A DNA stretch of 64,000 nucleotides. Source: Octopus bimaculoides. Lineage: Eukaryota. The position numbers and the translations under genes are program-made. Within the stretch, counting starts at the first letter, position 1; each line of letters starts with the position of its first letter. The stretch spans positions 13,152,410 through 13,216,409 of the forward strand of contig NC_068990.1 of the NCBI RefSeq assembly GCF_001194135.2. The letters are read 5' to 3'. This document shows positions 14,544 through 25,260 of the stretch, one piece after another. The notes under the pieces were generated by a model that searched no databases, was not told the origin of the DNA, and worked only from the letters and a program-made list of their open reading frames with translations.

Positions 14544-15289
14544 CACACACATATATATACACACATATATGTATATATCCATATATATACATATATGGAT
14601 ATNNNNNNNNNNNNNNNNNNNNNNNNNNNNNNNNNNNNNNNNNNNNNNNNNNNNNNNNNNNNNNNNNNNNNNNNNNNNNNNNNNNNNNNNNNNNNNNNNN
14701 NNNNNNNNNNNNNNNNNNNNNNNNNNNNNNNNNNNNNNNNNNNNNNNNNNNNNNNNNNNNNNNNNNNNNNNNNNNNNNNNNNNNNNNNNNNNNNNNNNNN
14801 NNNNNNNNNNNNNNNNNNNNNNNNNNNNNNNNNNNNNNNNNNNNNNNNNNNNNNNNNNNNNNNNNNNNNNNNNNNNNNNNNNNNNNNNNNNATTTATAAA
14901 CATTTTAAGGAAATAAATTAAAATCAAAAAATAAAATTACACCAAGTTTAAAAAAAAAAAGTTATATATAAATAAAGAAAGAAAAAATAAAGAAAACTTC
15001 AGATTTTTCTAGCCCTAATTGTAACAATGTTGCATTTTGCACCTCCACACATTTTGAAATAAATGTCTGATTGCAATATTTACATTCTGGGTTGCATTGT
15101 CTCTTTGTTTATCTTCTTTTATCCTTTTATCTTTTGTCTTTTATCCGTATTGGGTGATATGCTTGTGGTAGCATATCATACAAAAAGATTATCTCAGTTT
15201 TTTTTAAGTTGTTCAACCAGCCTCTTTCCTGTTTTGTGATGATCTTTGTTGTTTGACATGGTGGAAAATTTCACTGAGCTAATCTCTAC

Positions 15290-15342
15290 CTGTCTGTCTC
15301 CCGTTTTTCAGTGTCTGTTTCTCTGTCTGTCTCTCTGTTTGC

Positions 15343-15376
<34 letters not shown>

Positions 15377-15830
15377 GTCTGTCTGTCTGTCTATCTATCT
15401 CTCCCCCTTTAGCTCTTTCATTCTTACTCTTCCCTCTGTCTCCCACACTCTCCCATTCCCTTCTCTCTTATTCCCCTCTCTTTCATTCCCCTCTCTCTCA
15501 GTCCCTCCTTTTTCCCCCTCATAATACCCTAATACCCTCTCTCCTCTCTCACTCCCTGTTCCCTACCTATCTTTTCCCCTCATTTGATCTCTCATCCCTT
15601 CCCCCTGATTCCCTTCTCTGTCTTCCCTCTCACTCTTTCTCTTTCTCACTCTCTCTCTCTCATCCCCTTTCTCTCTTTTTCTCCCTGTCCTCCTTCTCCC
15701 TCCCCCTCTCCCCCCTTTCCTTTGCCCACTTTTACCCTCTCTCTCCCTCCCTCTTCTTGTTCTTATCTATCTTCCCTTTCTTCCCTCTCTCCTCTCTCTC
15801 TCTCACCTCTCATTTTCTCTCATGCTTCTT
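15290..15830. repeat. Polypyrimidine / (CT)n / (CTAT)n low-complexity tract
   Basis: About 540 bp that is almost entirely C/T on the plus strand. Confidence 0.9.
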
Positions 15831-16344
15831 TCTATTATAACATGATTTGATTATGAAAACCTGGTCTCATATCTAATGTTCCAAAACTGACCAAAATGAT
15901 TGGCAACTCTGATCTACAAAGGAGAACCAGAGTAATATTCACACCCTTCCCCCCATCACCACACAATCCCATGACTGAAAAACGATTACAGACTTACTGA
16001 GTTGATGTATAAACATGTTACTGTAAGAGCTAATATTGTCAAGAGAAGAATGTTAATACATTGGCACAAACACTGATATCCCTTTTATCTTGTACATGTT
16101 TCAATCAATGGAATGCGGCCATGCTGGGGCACTGCCTTGGAAAGTTTAGTTATACAAATTGTCCCCAGAATTTATTTCGGAAGTCTGAAGCTTATTCTAC
16201 TGGTCTCTTATGCCAAACTGTTATGATGCAGCGACTTAAACAAACCAATACTTGAAGTCAAAATATTGCTCCAAACACGAACACACAGACACACACATGC
16301 ACATACACACACAAATATATATATATGCATATATGTATATATAT

Positions 16345-16530
16345 CTTCGAAACGCCGGTGTTAAAACGGGGGTAGCTGATGAAGTAGAATGTTCTCTATG
16401 TGGCTTGTGTGTTTTCTCGTCTACGTTTTGTTTGCAATGTCCTGTACCCAGATATGCACCTATACATACAGGTGGATGTCGGTATGCACATACCTGTACG
16501 TATATATGCATATACTCATTTACTATTTGT
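16345..16530 (+). mobile_element. Interspersed repeat with GAAACG...CTGATGA head; second copy at about 19135-19330 on the minus strand
   Basis: The two copies align directly: CTATGTGGC(C/T)TGTGTGTTTTCT, GCAATGTCCTG(T/C)ACCCAGATATGCA, CGTATATATGCATATA. Confidence 0.7.
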
Positions 16531-16533
16531 TTT

Positions 16534-16593
<60 letters not shown>

Positions 16594-16684
16594 TATATGT
16601 ATATATGCGTGTGTATTTATATATATATGTATACATCTATATATATAAATATATATATACACACATACACATACACCCATATAT

Positions 16685-16830
16685 ATGGTGTTAGGAAGGT
16701 CATCCAGCCTTAGAAACCATGCCAAAACAGACAATTAGAGCCTGATGCAGCTCTCCACCTAGCCAGCTCCTGTAAAAGAGTCCAACCCATGCCAGCATGG
16801 AAAATAGACGTTAGATGAGGATAATGATGA
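16685..16830 (+). mobile_element. Degenerate 3' end of the RTE-tailed element
   Basis: TTAGGAAGGTCATCCAGCC...TCCAACCCATGCCAGCATGGAAAATAGACGTTAGATGAGGAT, matching the better copies at 63052-63503 and 55972-56168. Confidence 0.7.
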
Positions 16831-17269
16831 TGGTAATGGTGGTGATGATGATATATATCCATACATGTGTGTGTTTGTGTGTGTGAGAGAGAGAGAGGGG
16901 GGGGATTTTACACACAGTTTCTATCTACTAAATTCAGTTACAAGGCATTGGTTGGCCTGAGGCTATAGTAGAAGATATTGGCTCAAGACACTGAGCTATG
17001 GGACTTAACCCAAAAGCACATGATTACCAAAGAACCTTTTAACCACACAGCCATTCTTACACTTATATCAACAGTGAAGATAAGAATTTGTTTCCCATCA
17101 TCCTTGAAGAACTTGAATATTGCACTGCTACATTAACTAATCAGAGAAACTCTATTCACCCACTTGACCTGATATAAATTATAGTCAAATCTGCCTTAAA
17201 TAACACCTACTATATGAAAAAAAAATTAAAATCACATTACATGTAGTCCTTGATATAAATATAAATAGA

Positions 17270-17652
17270 CGTGGAGGCGCAATGGCCCAGTGGTTAGGGC
17301 AGCGGACTCGCAGTCATAGGATTGCGGTTTCGATTCCCAGACCGGGCGTTGTGAGTGTTTATTGAGTGAAAACACCTAAAGCTCCACAAGGCTCCAGCAG
17401 GGATAGTGGTGAACCCTGCTGTACTCTTTCACCACAACTTTCTCTCACTCTTCCTGTTTCTGTTGTGCCTGTAATTCAAAGGGTCAGCCTTGTAACACTG
17501 TGTCACGCTGAATGTCCCCGAGAACTACGATAAGGGTACACATGTTTGTGGAGTGCTCAGCCACTTGCACGTTAATTTCATGAGCAGGCTGTTCCGTTGA
17601 TCGGATCAACTGGAACCCTCAACATCATAAGCGACGGAGTGCCAACAACAAC
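17270..17652 (+). mobile_element. Full-length tRNA-derived SINE family 2 with 13-bp target-site duplication
   Basis: A box TGGCCCAGTGG, B box GGTTTCGATTCC, (AAC)n tail. TSD AAATATAAATAGA at 17257-17269 and 17653-17665. Confidence 0.92.
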
Positions 17653-18109
17653 AAATATAAATAGAAGACTGAATGATCATGGCGAGATCACCTTTGATCA
17701 TGTCTAACTAATAAGGCTAACCAGGGGCTAAACAACAAGTTCAATAACACACTTCAGTTATGCAGTTGTCCCCTTGATGTAAACTTATATTAACTCTTCG
17801 TCATTCAGGATATTTACAAATAAAGAATATTTGAGTCCATTGCAACTTCAATATCTGTAAATGACACACCATGTTAATGATTAGATGCAAAACTCCAGAA
17901 CCTTCCCTCAACAAATTCTATATCTTTAAACATTACCAGCTTACTGAGCCAGTTAAGTTCAGATGCAGGAAATGGCTGAGGATAGAATAAATGCTGTGAA
18001 GCGTATTGTTACAGTTCTCTAGCATGTTCTCAGTTTAAATTCCATTATTCTCAGCTTTTATTTTGTGTTTATTTATAGATGTTGTTGACATTTAGCTCCA
18101 AGGAAGGTT

Positions 18110-18320
18110 GTGAAATGGCAGAATAGTTACCATGCCAGACAAAATGCATAGCAACATTTCTTCAGGCTCTTTCTTTTCTAAGCTGAAATGCTGCCGAGGT
18201 CGACTTTACCTGCCATTCTTTGTAGGCTGATAGAAATAGCAGTTGAGCTCTGAAGAGGAGGTAATTGACTTACCCCTCCCCTCAAAATTGTTGGCCTTGT
18301 GCTGAAACTAGACAGGATTA
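18110..18320 (+). mobile_element. SINE family 1 copy
   Basis: TGGCAGAATAGTTACCATGCCAGACAAAATGC...CCGAGGTCGACTTTACC...CAAAATTGTTGGCCTTGTG. Confidence 0.7.
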
Positions 18321-19134
18321 TTTAGATCTAAGTTGGTTCTTATTGTGCAAAACTATGATCACAGACATTCCGGTCTGATAGCGTCTTCTTCTTTTTCTTT
18401 TTCTCCTTCTCCTTCTCCTTCTTCTTCTCCTCCTCCTCCTCCTCTTCTTCTTCTCCCCCTCTCTCTCCCTCTGTTGTATATATATATATATNNNNNNNNN
18501 NNNNNNNNNNNNNNNNNNNNNNNNNNNNNNNNNNNNNNNNNNNNNNNNNNNNNNNNNNNNNNNNNNNNNNNNNNNNNNNNNNNNNNNNNNNNNNNNNNNN
18601 NNNNNNNNNNNNNNNNNNNNNNNNNNNNNNNNNNNNNNNNNNNNNNNNNNNNNNNNNNNNNNNNNNNNNNNNNNNNNNNNNNNNNNNNNNNNNNNNNNNN
18701 NNNNNNNNNNNNNNNNNNNNNNNNNNNNNNNNNNNNNNNNNNNNNNNNNNNNNNNNNNNNNNNNNNNNNNNNNNNNNNNNNNNNNNNNNNNNNNNNNNNN
18801 NNNNNNNNNNNNNNNNNNNNNNNNNNNNNNNNNNNNNNNNNNNNNNNNNNNNNNNNNNNNNNNNNNNNNNNNNNNNNNNNNNNNNNNNNNNNNNNNNNNN
18901 NNNNNNNNNNNNNNNNNNNNNNNNNNNNNNNNNNNNNNNNNNNNNNNNNNNNNNNNNNNNNNNNNNNNNNNNNNNNNNNNNNNNNNNNNNNNNNNNNNNN
19001 NNNNNNNNNNNNNNNNNNNNNNNNNNNNNNNNNNNNNNNNNNNNNNNNNNNNNNNNNNNNNNNNNNNNNNNNNNNNNNNNNNNNNNNNNNNNNNNNNNNN
19101 NNNNNNNNNNNNNNNNNNNNNNNNTATATATTAT

Positions 19135-19330
19135 AGAAATAATAAATGACTATATGCATATATATACGTACATGCATGTACATAATTACATCTACATGTA
19201 TATATAGATGCATATCTGGGTGCAGGACATTGCAAAAAAAACGTGAACAAAATGATAAATAGAGTACAGAAAACACACAGGCCACATAGTGAATATTTCC
19301 TTCATCAGCTGCCACCATTCTAAAACTAAG
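19135..19330 (-). mobile_element. Second, inverted copy of the 16345-16530 repeat
   Basis: Reverse complement aligns to 16345-16530. Confidence 0.7.
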
Positions 19331-19747
19331 CATTTCGAAGAGTTAGAGCAGGATGCATCGTTAGAATATATATATATATATATATATAGTTATGACAATG
19401 TAAACTTCATATAATCAAGATACCCTTGGCCTGAAGGATGGCCAGCACTATACACCTCACTTGGATGTTTACCACTTCTGATGTTCTGCTCACTATGAAA
19501 CATATGTAGCCTGGATATTAACTACTCTATTGCATAACTCTTGTATTTTTATTCACAAACCTTACAACCCAGGATGCCTACCATGAAATAAGATTTTTTT
19601 TTTTTTCAGCTTGCCATTCTGTGATATGGAACAAATCCACAACCTTCCAACCCAGTAAATCATTATTGGTCCTGAAAGTTGTTTTTCATATTTTTTACAG
19701 ATTGCTTGAAGCTCAACTTCTTACACCTCAGTCCTTGGATCTTACAT

Positions 19748-19791
<44 letters not shown>

Positions 19792-19822
19792 TTATCTATC
19801 TTTCTTTCTTTCTTTCTTTGTA

Positions 19823-20192
19823 ATGGCCTAGTTCTTAGGGCAGCAGACTCACAGTTGTGAGATCACGGTTTCGATTCCCAGACCGGGCGTTGTGAGTGTT
19901 TATTAAGCAAAAACACCTAAAGCTCCATGAAGCTCCAGCAAGGGGTGGTAGCGAACCCTGCTGCACTCCGTCACCACAATTTTCTCTCACTCATTCTTCC
20001 TGTTTCTGTTGTACCTGTATTTCAAAGGGCCAGCCTTGTCACACTCTGTGTCATGGTGAATCTCCCTGAGAACTATGTTAAGAGTAGACGTGTCTGTGGA
20101 GGGCTCAGCCACTTGCGCGTTAATTTCACAAGCAGGCTGTTCCATTGATTGGATCAGCGAGAACTCTCATCGTTGTAACCGGCGGAGTGCCA
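19823..20192 (+). mobile_element. SINE family 2 copy
   Basis: GGTTTCGATTCCCAGACCGGGCGTTGTGAGTGTTTATT...GGAGTGCCA, collinear with 17270-17652. Confidence 0.9.
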
Positions 20193-20212
20193 TGCCAGTG
20201 CAATTCTATATT

Positions 20213-20710
20213 TGCAAGATGAGGAATTTATGTTATGTTTTACTGTTTATATTAAGCAGACTGCTTAATTTCACCATGTTTTGGTTGTTGGATGCTCAAG
20301 CCGTCTTCAGGTGACTTGTGTTGAATTTGATCGTTGTATCGGAATTTAAAACTGAACAGTTTGTTTGATTCACTCTGTCATTGCCTATGGGAATAGTGTA
20401 GTAGATAAAGACATTAGTTAATGAAGTGCAGTTATCTAGAAATTCTGAGTTCAATTCCAGGCAAGACACTAAGATAATTAACAAAAAAATCAAATGATGT
20501 AAAAAAAAAAAAAAAATTAAATGCAGAGAGCAGAATGAGAACAATGTATTTCATGGATCAAATAAATGGTTAGGTTTGAAATTCCAATTCAACAAAGGTT
20601 GACACATGACACCTGAAGAAGGTTGGAACGCACAACAGCTGAAATGTGGTGAAATCAACAATCAAGATGAGGACACCAGTTCAACTAATATGAACAGTAT
20701 ATATAATGTA
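20213..20710 (+). mobile_element. Degenerate tRNA-headed hammerhead-SINE (about 20390-20710, +) with inverted tail copy (about 20213-20316, -) on its 5' side
   Basis: Head GAGTTCAATTCCAGGCA, then GAATGAGAAC, GGTTTGAAATTCC and GACACCTGAAGAAGG, as in 21633-21912. The reverse complement of 20213-20316 contains CACCTGAAGA and the AGATGAGGAATT tail. Confidence 0.6.
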
Positions 20711-21632
20711 TGTAGTGTATTAGTGTGTGAATGTGTGTAGCTAATTAACTCCTTTTGATATTTCATTATGTGTGAGATACATCCACCTACCAGTTTAACA
20801 TGAATCCCCCATTTTCAAGAGCTGATTAATGCTAGAAGATATATAATACTAACAGAAGTCTCATGCTGGCCACAAAAAGTTGTGCAGTCTTTTCTTCATT
20901 TTAGTACAGTTACACATTTAATTGAATAAATTAAAGATTTCTGCAATCATCAAACATTGAAACTAAGCTCCATTAGCTTCTGTGCTTCCTCACTAAGGAT
21001 TTACCTGATATATCACTCACGTCCACCCAGCTATCTGCTTCCTTACTTAATCCACACAACATTCTATTCAACCCTAATGACCCTAACCCATCTTAATTTA
21101 ATTTAATCTAACTTAAACTCAATTTAATCTAATTGTAATTTATTGCTTGTCCCTTCTCTCCTCCTCTTGTCACTACCATGTAAAACCCACCTAAGTCATC
21201 TATCTATCTCCATTACTGCTTTGACTCCGACATTGTCTCAATGGATATCTATCTACCTATTCCATTCTATCTTATCTACTCTGTCTCATGAAGGTTTGCT
21301 TGTAGCCGGGGTTGTTGTGTTCTGTTTTCAAAACCACCGCATGGCTTTCATTTCCCCGATGGTTCCTTATCAGCATTGTGCTCAACCTTATCGATCCCCC
21401 TCCCCCACCACCATCACCTATACCGAAAACCTCTCCTGTACTGGTAACCTCTCACAGCAACCCTTTTTTCCACCCCTTCGTCAGTAGTGGCACCCACTTT
21501 GCTGCAATACAGACACTGTAACTTGTTTCTCTGCCCCAAAGAAAAAACAGTTGAATGTGATTATGCAGTACTTAGCTTTATTGCTTAGTTAATTAATCAG
21601 CCAGTTACTTATATATAACTAATTAGCCTTAA

Positions 21633-21912
21633 TACAGTTCTATATTTAAGAGATGAGGAATTATGTGCATTATTTACATTATTTACATTTGATGGATATT
21701 TGTCTTCATCTTGTTTGTTGTTAACACAACATTTCGGCTGATATACCCTCCAGCCTTCATCAGGTGTCTTGGAGAAATTTTGAACCTGGGTTCTCATTCC
21801 TAAGGTATTTTTTTGATGTTGTTATTATTATTATTATTATTAAAGTCACTGCCTGGAATCGAACTTGGAATCTTGGAGTTAGTAGCCCGCGCTCTTAACC
21901 ACTATGCCATAT
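21633..21912 (-). mobile_element. Full-length tRNA-headed SINE-like element (family 4) with Penelope-type hammerhead tail
   Basis: Minus strand: ATATGGCATAGTGGTTAAGAGCGCGGGCTACTAAC...AGTTCGATTCCAGGCAGT (A and B boxes), (AAT)n, hammerhead motif, then an (ATGTAAATA)-repeat tail. Confidence 0.85.
21723..21768 (-). ncRNA. Minimal type I hammerhead ribozyme motif (best-preserved copy)
   Basis: GACAC CUGAUGA A GGCUG gaggguauau CAGCC GAAA U GUU GUGUU. Stem I has 5 pairs, stem II 5 perfect pairs, the core is intact, the triplet is GUU, and stem III AAUGUU is self-complementary with G.U wobbles. Activity untested. Confidence 0.6.
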
Positions 21913-21916
21913 GGTT

Positions 21917-22011
21917 AAGACACCTGATGAAGTCTGGAGTGTAATCAGCTGAAACGTTGTGTTAATAACAAACAAAATGAGGACAAATATCCGTCAAATA
22001 TAAATAATGTA
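21917..22011 (+). mobile_element. Inverted tail fragment of family 4 starting at hammerhead stem I (motif 21919-21963)
   Basis: AAGACAC CTGATGA A GTCTG...CAGCT GAAAC GTT GTGTT followed by ATGAGGACAAATATCCGTC. Stem II has one mismatch. Confidence 0.8.
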
Positions 22012-23148
22012 ATTACCCTTATCCTATCTATTTACTTAACTTATTTACCTGTATTTGTATTGACATTGCTTTGTACTGATGCTGGCATATGGCACCCACC
22101 AACAAAGAAAGCAACGATGATTTACCATTTAGCCTATATATATGTATTTACTTGTATGTGTACTAACACTGGTCGTACTAATGCTGGTAGGGCATCGACT
22201 TCCAGTGGAGGTAGCTAGTGCAATGTGACTGTCGACGATTAACTGTGAAAACAACTGCTATGACATGTCTCTTTAAAAATACTTACCATACAGCCACTCC
22301 TGTTAAATAATGATGAGGATAACGAGGAGGAGGATGAGGATGATAATTGTGAAGCTGATGAACATGAAAATTATGATGATACATACATACATACATACAT
22401 ACATACATGTGATGCACTGTTCTTCTGTATGTCTACAAAATTGATTTAGTGAAAACAATGTATTTTGCCAATAAAATGTTTCAACTATTTTGTGAAACAT
22501 TTTGCCAACAATAACTACAGTGACAACAATATTTCAAGTTCATTTTTATATCCTTGAATCCAGAAAAATGAAAACTGCTGTTGATTTTTATATCAAAACA
22601 GATAAGTCATTTACAGCTATTCATGAAATGGAGACAGTTCACAAATGATGTTAAAGTTTACACTAAAACTCACTCAGAAATGAATATTTACAGAAAAAGA
22701 AAGGATAAAAACGTGATTTTAATCATTATTTTGTCTTTGAGGCAAAACATACACTTACATAGACACATAGGTAAATAGGTATTGATGCAGTCTTTCTTCT
22801 CTTACTATCAAAGAAATAACTAGTTTTGTTTTTAACTGATTAGTTAATACTGACGCTCCTCTAACACTAATTAGGAATCTATTTAAAAATTACTTCAAAA
22901 TTTGCCAATAGCAACAATATCTCATTGGTTCCTACCATTCTGTTATCCACTTCCATTCCACAATAGTTTCATTTTCTAGGAAAACGGTTTTCATTTTTGG
23001 CCTGGAAACCACTTCCACTTTTATGAAGCTTTTGAAATGAAGAAATATATATATGAAATATATATACTTATGTATGTATATGTGTGTGTATTCTTTTATT
23101 CTTTTACGTATTTCAGTCATTTGACACAACCATGCTAGAGCACTGCCT

Positions 23149-23186
<38 letters not shown>

Positions 23187-23366
23187 TTTTGTATAAAGCA
23201 CTCAGTTTGAAAGGGATTTGGTAAAGTAAATCCAAAAATCAGACAGCAATAAATGCCAGTAAAATACACATCCAAGGTAATTCCTCAAGTATGACACATA
23301 GATCCAAATATCATTTAGAAGAAATGCGAGAAATTGAGAGTATTAGACAACAAAAAAGTATAGCGA

Positions 23367-24343
23367 AAACGTAGACAGACAAAATACCACTAAGCATTTT
23401 TACCGAAGTGCTAATGCTTCTGCCAGTTTCCTGTCTTCTAAAAAATATTCTTTTGTACGTACAAGGCCCTAAAATTTTGGGGAAGGGTGGACCAGTCTAT
23501 TAGATCGACTCCAGTACGCAACTGGTACTTAATTTATTAACGCCAAAAAGATTAAAGGCAAAGTCAACCTCAGCAAAATTTGAACTCAGAACATAAAAGA
23601 CAGATGAAATACCACGAAGCATTTTGCTCAGTGTGCGAATGCTTCTACCAGTTTCCTGCCTTCCAAACAATATTCTTTTGTACGTACAGGGCCTAAAATT
23701 TTTGGGGAAGGGTGGACCAGTCTATTAGATCAACGACACTACGCAACTGGTACTTAATTTATTAACGCCAAATAGATGAAAGGCAAAATCAACCTCAGCA
23801 AAATTTGAATTCAGGACGTAAAGACAGACGAATTACCACGAAGCTTGCTGCCCGGTGTGCTAATGCTTCTACCAGTTTCCTGCCTTCAAAACTATATTCT
23901 TTTCTACGTACTAATACCTGATTTTTTGTTGGGGGGGGGGGGGTACCAGTCGATTAGATCGACTCCAGTACACAACTGGTACTTAATTTATTAACCCCCA
24001 AAAAGATGAAATACAAAGTCAACCTCTGCAAAATTTGAACTCAGAACATAAAGACAGACGAAACACCACTTAGAATTTTGCCCGGTGTGCTAATGCTTCT
24101 GTTAGTTTCCTGCCTTCTAAACAATGTTCTTTTCTATGTACACGACCCTAAATTTTTTGGGGAGGGGTGAACTAGTCGATTAGATTGGCCCCAGTATGCA
24201 ACTGGTACTTAATTTATTTACTCCAAAAACATGAAAGGCAAAGTCAACCTCAACGACATTTGAACTCAGAGCATGAAGACAGACGAAATACCACGAAGCA
24301 TTTCACCCGGTGTGCTAATGCTTCTACCAGCTCACTGCCTTCT
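23367..24343 (-). repeat. Tandem array of SINE family 1: one partial plus four full units, period about 225-230 bp
   Basis: ACTGGTACTTAATTTATT recurs at about 23521, 23746, 23976 and 24201, and the whole unit repeats. Confidence 0.92.
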
Positions 24344-24470
24344 TCAAAGAAATATTAAATTTGTGAGGAATTTATTCACATTTTGCAAAGTGTACACGAG
24401 CCCTGTGATCTATTTCCTCTATATTCTTTCAGTGTGAGGGTGAATGACTTAGTGGTTAGGTTGTTACACT

Positions 24471-24605
24471 TGTAGTGACGTCATATTGGCGCCAAAAAGG
24501 CATAGTCGCCATTACTGCATCTGTAACCACGCATGCGTGGATTTCAACATCCAAGCGTTCCCGCTTCTATTCTGTCTCTTACCACGCCAGACAGCGAACA
24601 AGCAA
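24471..24605. promoter_or_regulatory. CpG-rich patch with CRE, E2F-like, YY1-like and NRF1-like motifs (promoter or solo LTR)
   Basis: TGACGTCA at 24476-24483, TTGGCGCCAAAA, GTCGCCATT and CACGCATGCGTG. Nine CpG in about 135 bp within CpG-poor surroundings. Confidence 0.35.
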
Positions 24606-24930
24606 GACAGTCTAAAACAAGCTCTCATTGAGTGTGGAAGAAGCAAGTTGTCTCTCCAACGATTCATCTCTAGGGACAGTACATCTACATTCAGGCTACT
24701 CAGAAACCTGACAATTGGAAGCTGTATATTTTCCACCATAAATAAATATTGTTGTTGTTGATCAGTTTGGAGTTCTGCGTTCCGTTCACTTCTAATTTAA
24801 TATAGGAAAGTCAGGTATACATCTAATGATGTATAACCCACTTTCCTAAACACTAATGATTGCAAGGTCATTGTTTTCATTCCTTAACCGGTTGGTGCAT
24901 TGTGTTCATGAGCAAAATACTTCGTTTCAT

Positions 24931-25112
24931 TTCTATATTTAAGAGATGAGGAATTCTCTACATTATCTATATTAATTACATTATTTAGATTTCACGGATA
25001 TTTGTCCTCATCTTTTTTGTTGTTAACACAACGTTTCTGCTGATATACCCTCCAGCCTTCTTCAGGTGTCTTGGGGAAATTTCGAACCTGTGTTCTCATT
25101 CCTTAGGTATTT
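24931..25112 (-). mobile_element. 5'-truncated family 4 element with hammerhead motif at 25025-25070
   Basis: GACAC CTGAAGA A GGCTG...CAGCA GAAAC GTT GTGTT. The closing G-C pair of stem II is broken. Confidence 0.85.
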
Positions 25113-25260
25113 TCATTATATTCAAGCTAGGTGGTATTAGCTTCGAGTCTCTACATCTACATAAGAATGTTAGATGGTTTGAAAGACAAGCTAGTTTTTG
25201 ATGGAATTTCTCAATATGTCTCCATTGAAGTCTAATGTCGGCTCCGTACCGTTTAGATAA

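Noticed and set aside
17270-17345. tRNA-like sequences with A/B boxes (also 21840-21912, 27256, 59277)
   Set aside because: They are SINE heads followed by family bodies, tails and TSDs, with no complete cloverleaf or terminator, so not tRNA genes.
23367-24343. Regular repeat array as a possible CRISPR-like locus
   Set aside because: The whole ~228-bp unit repeats with no unique spacers, it is SINE-derived, the context is eukaryotic and there are no cas genes.
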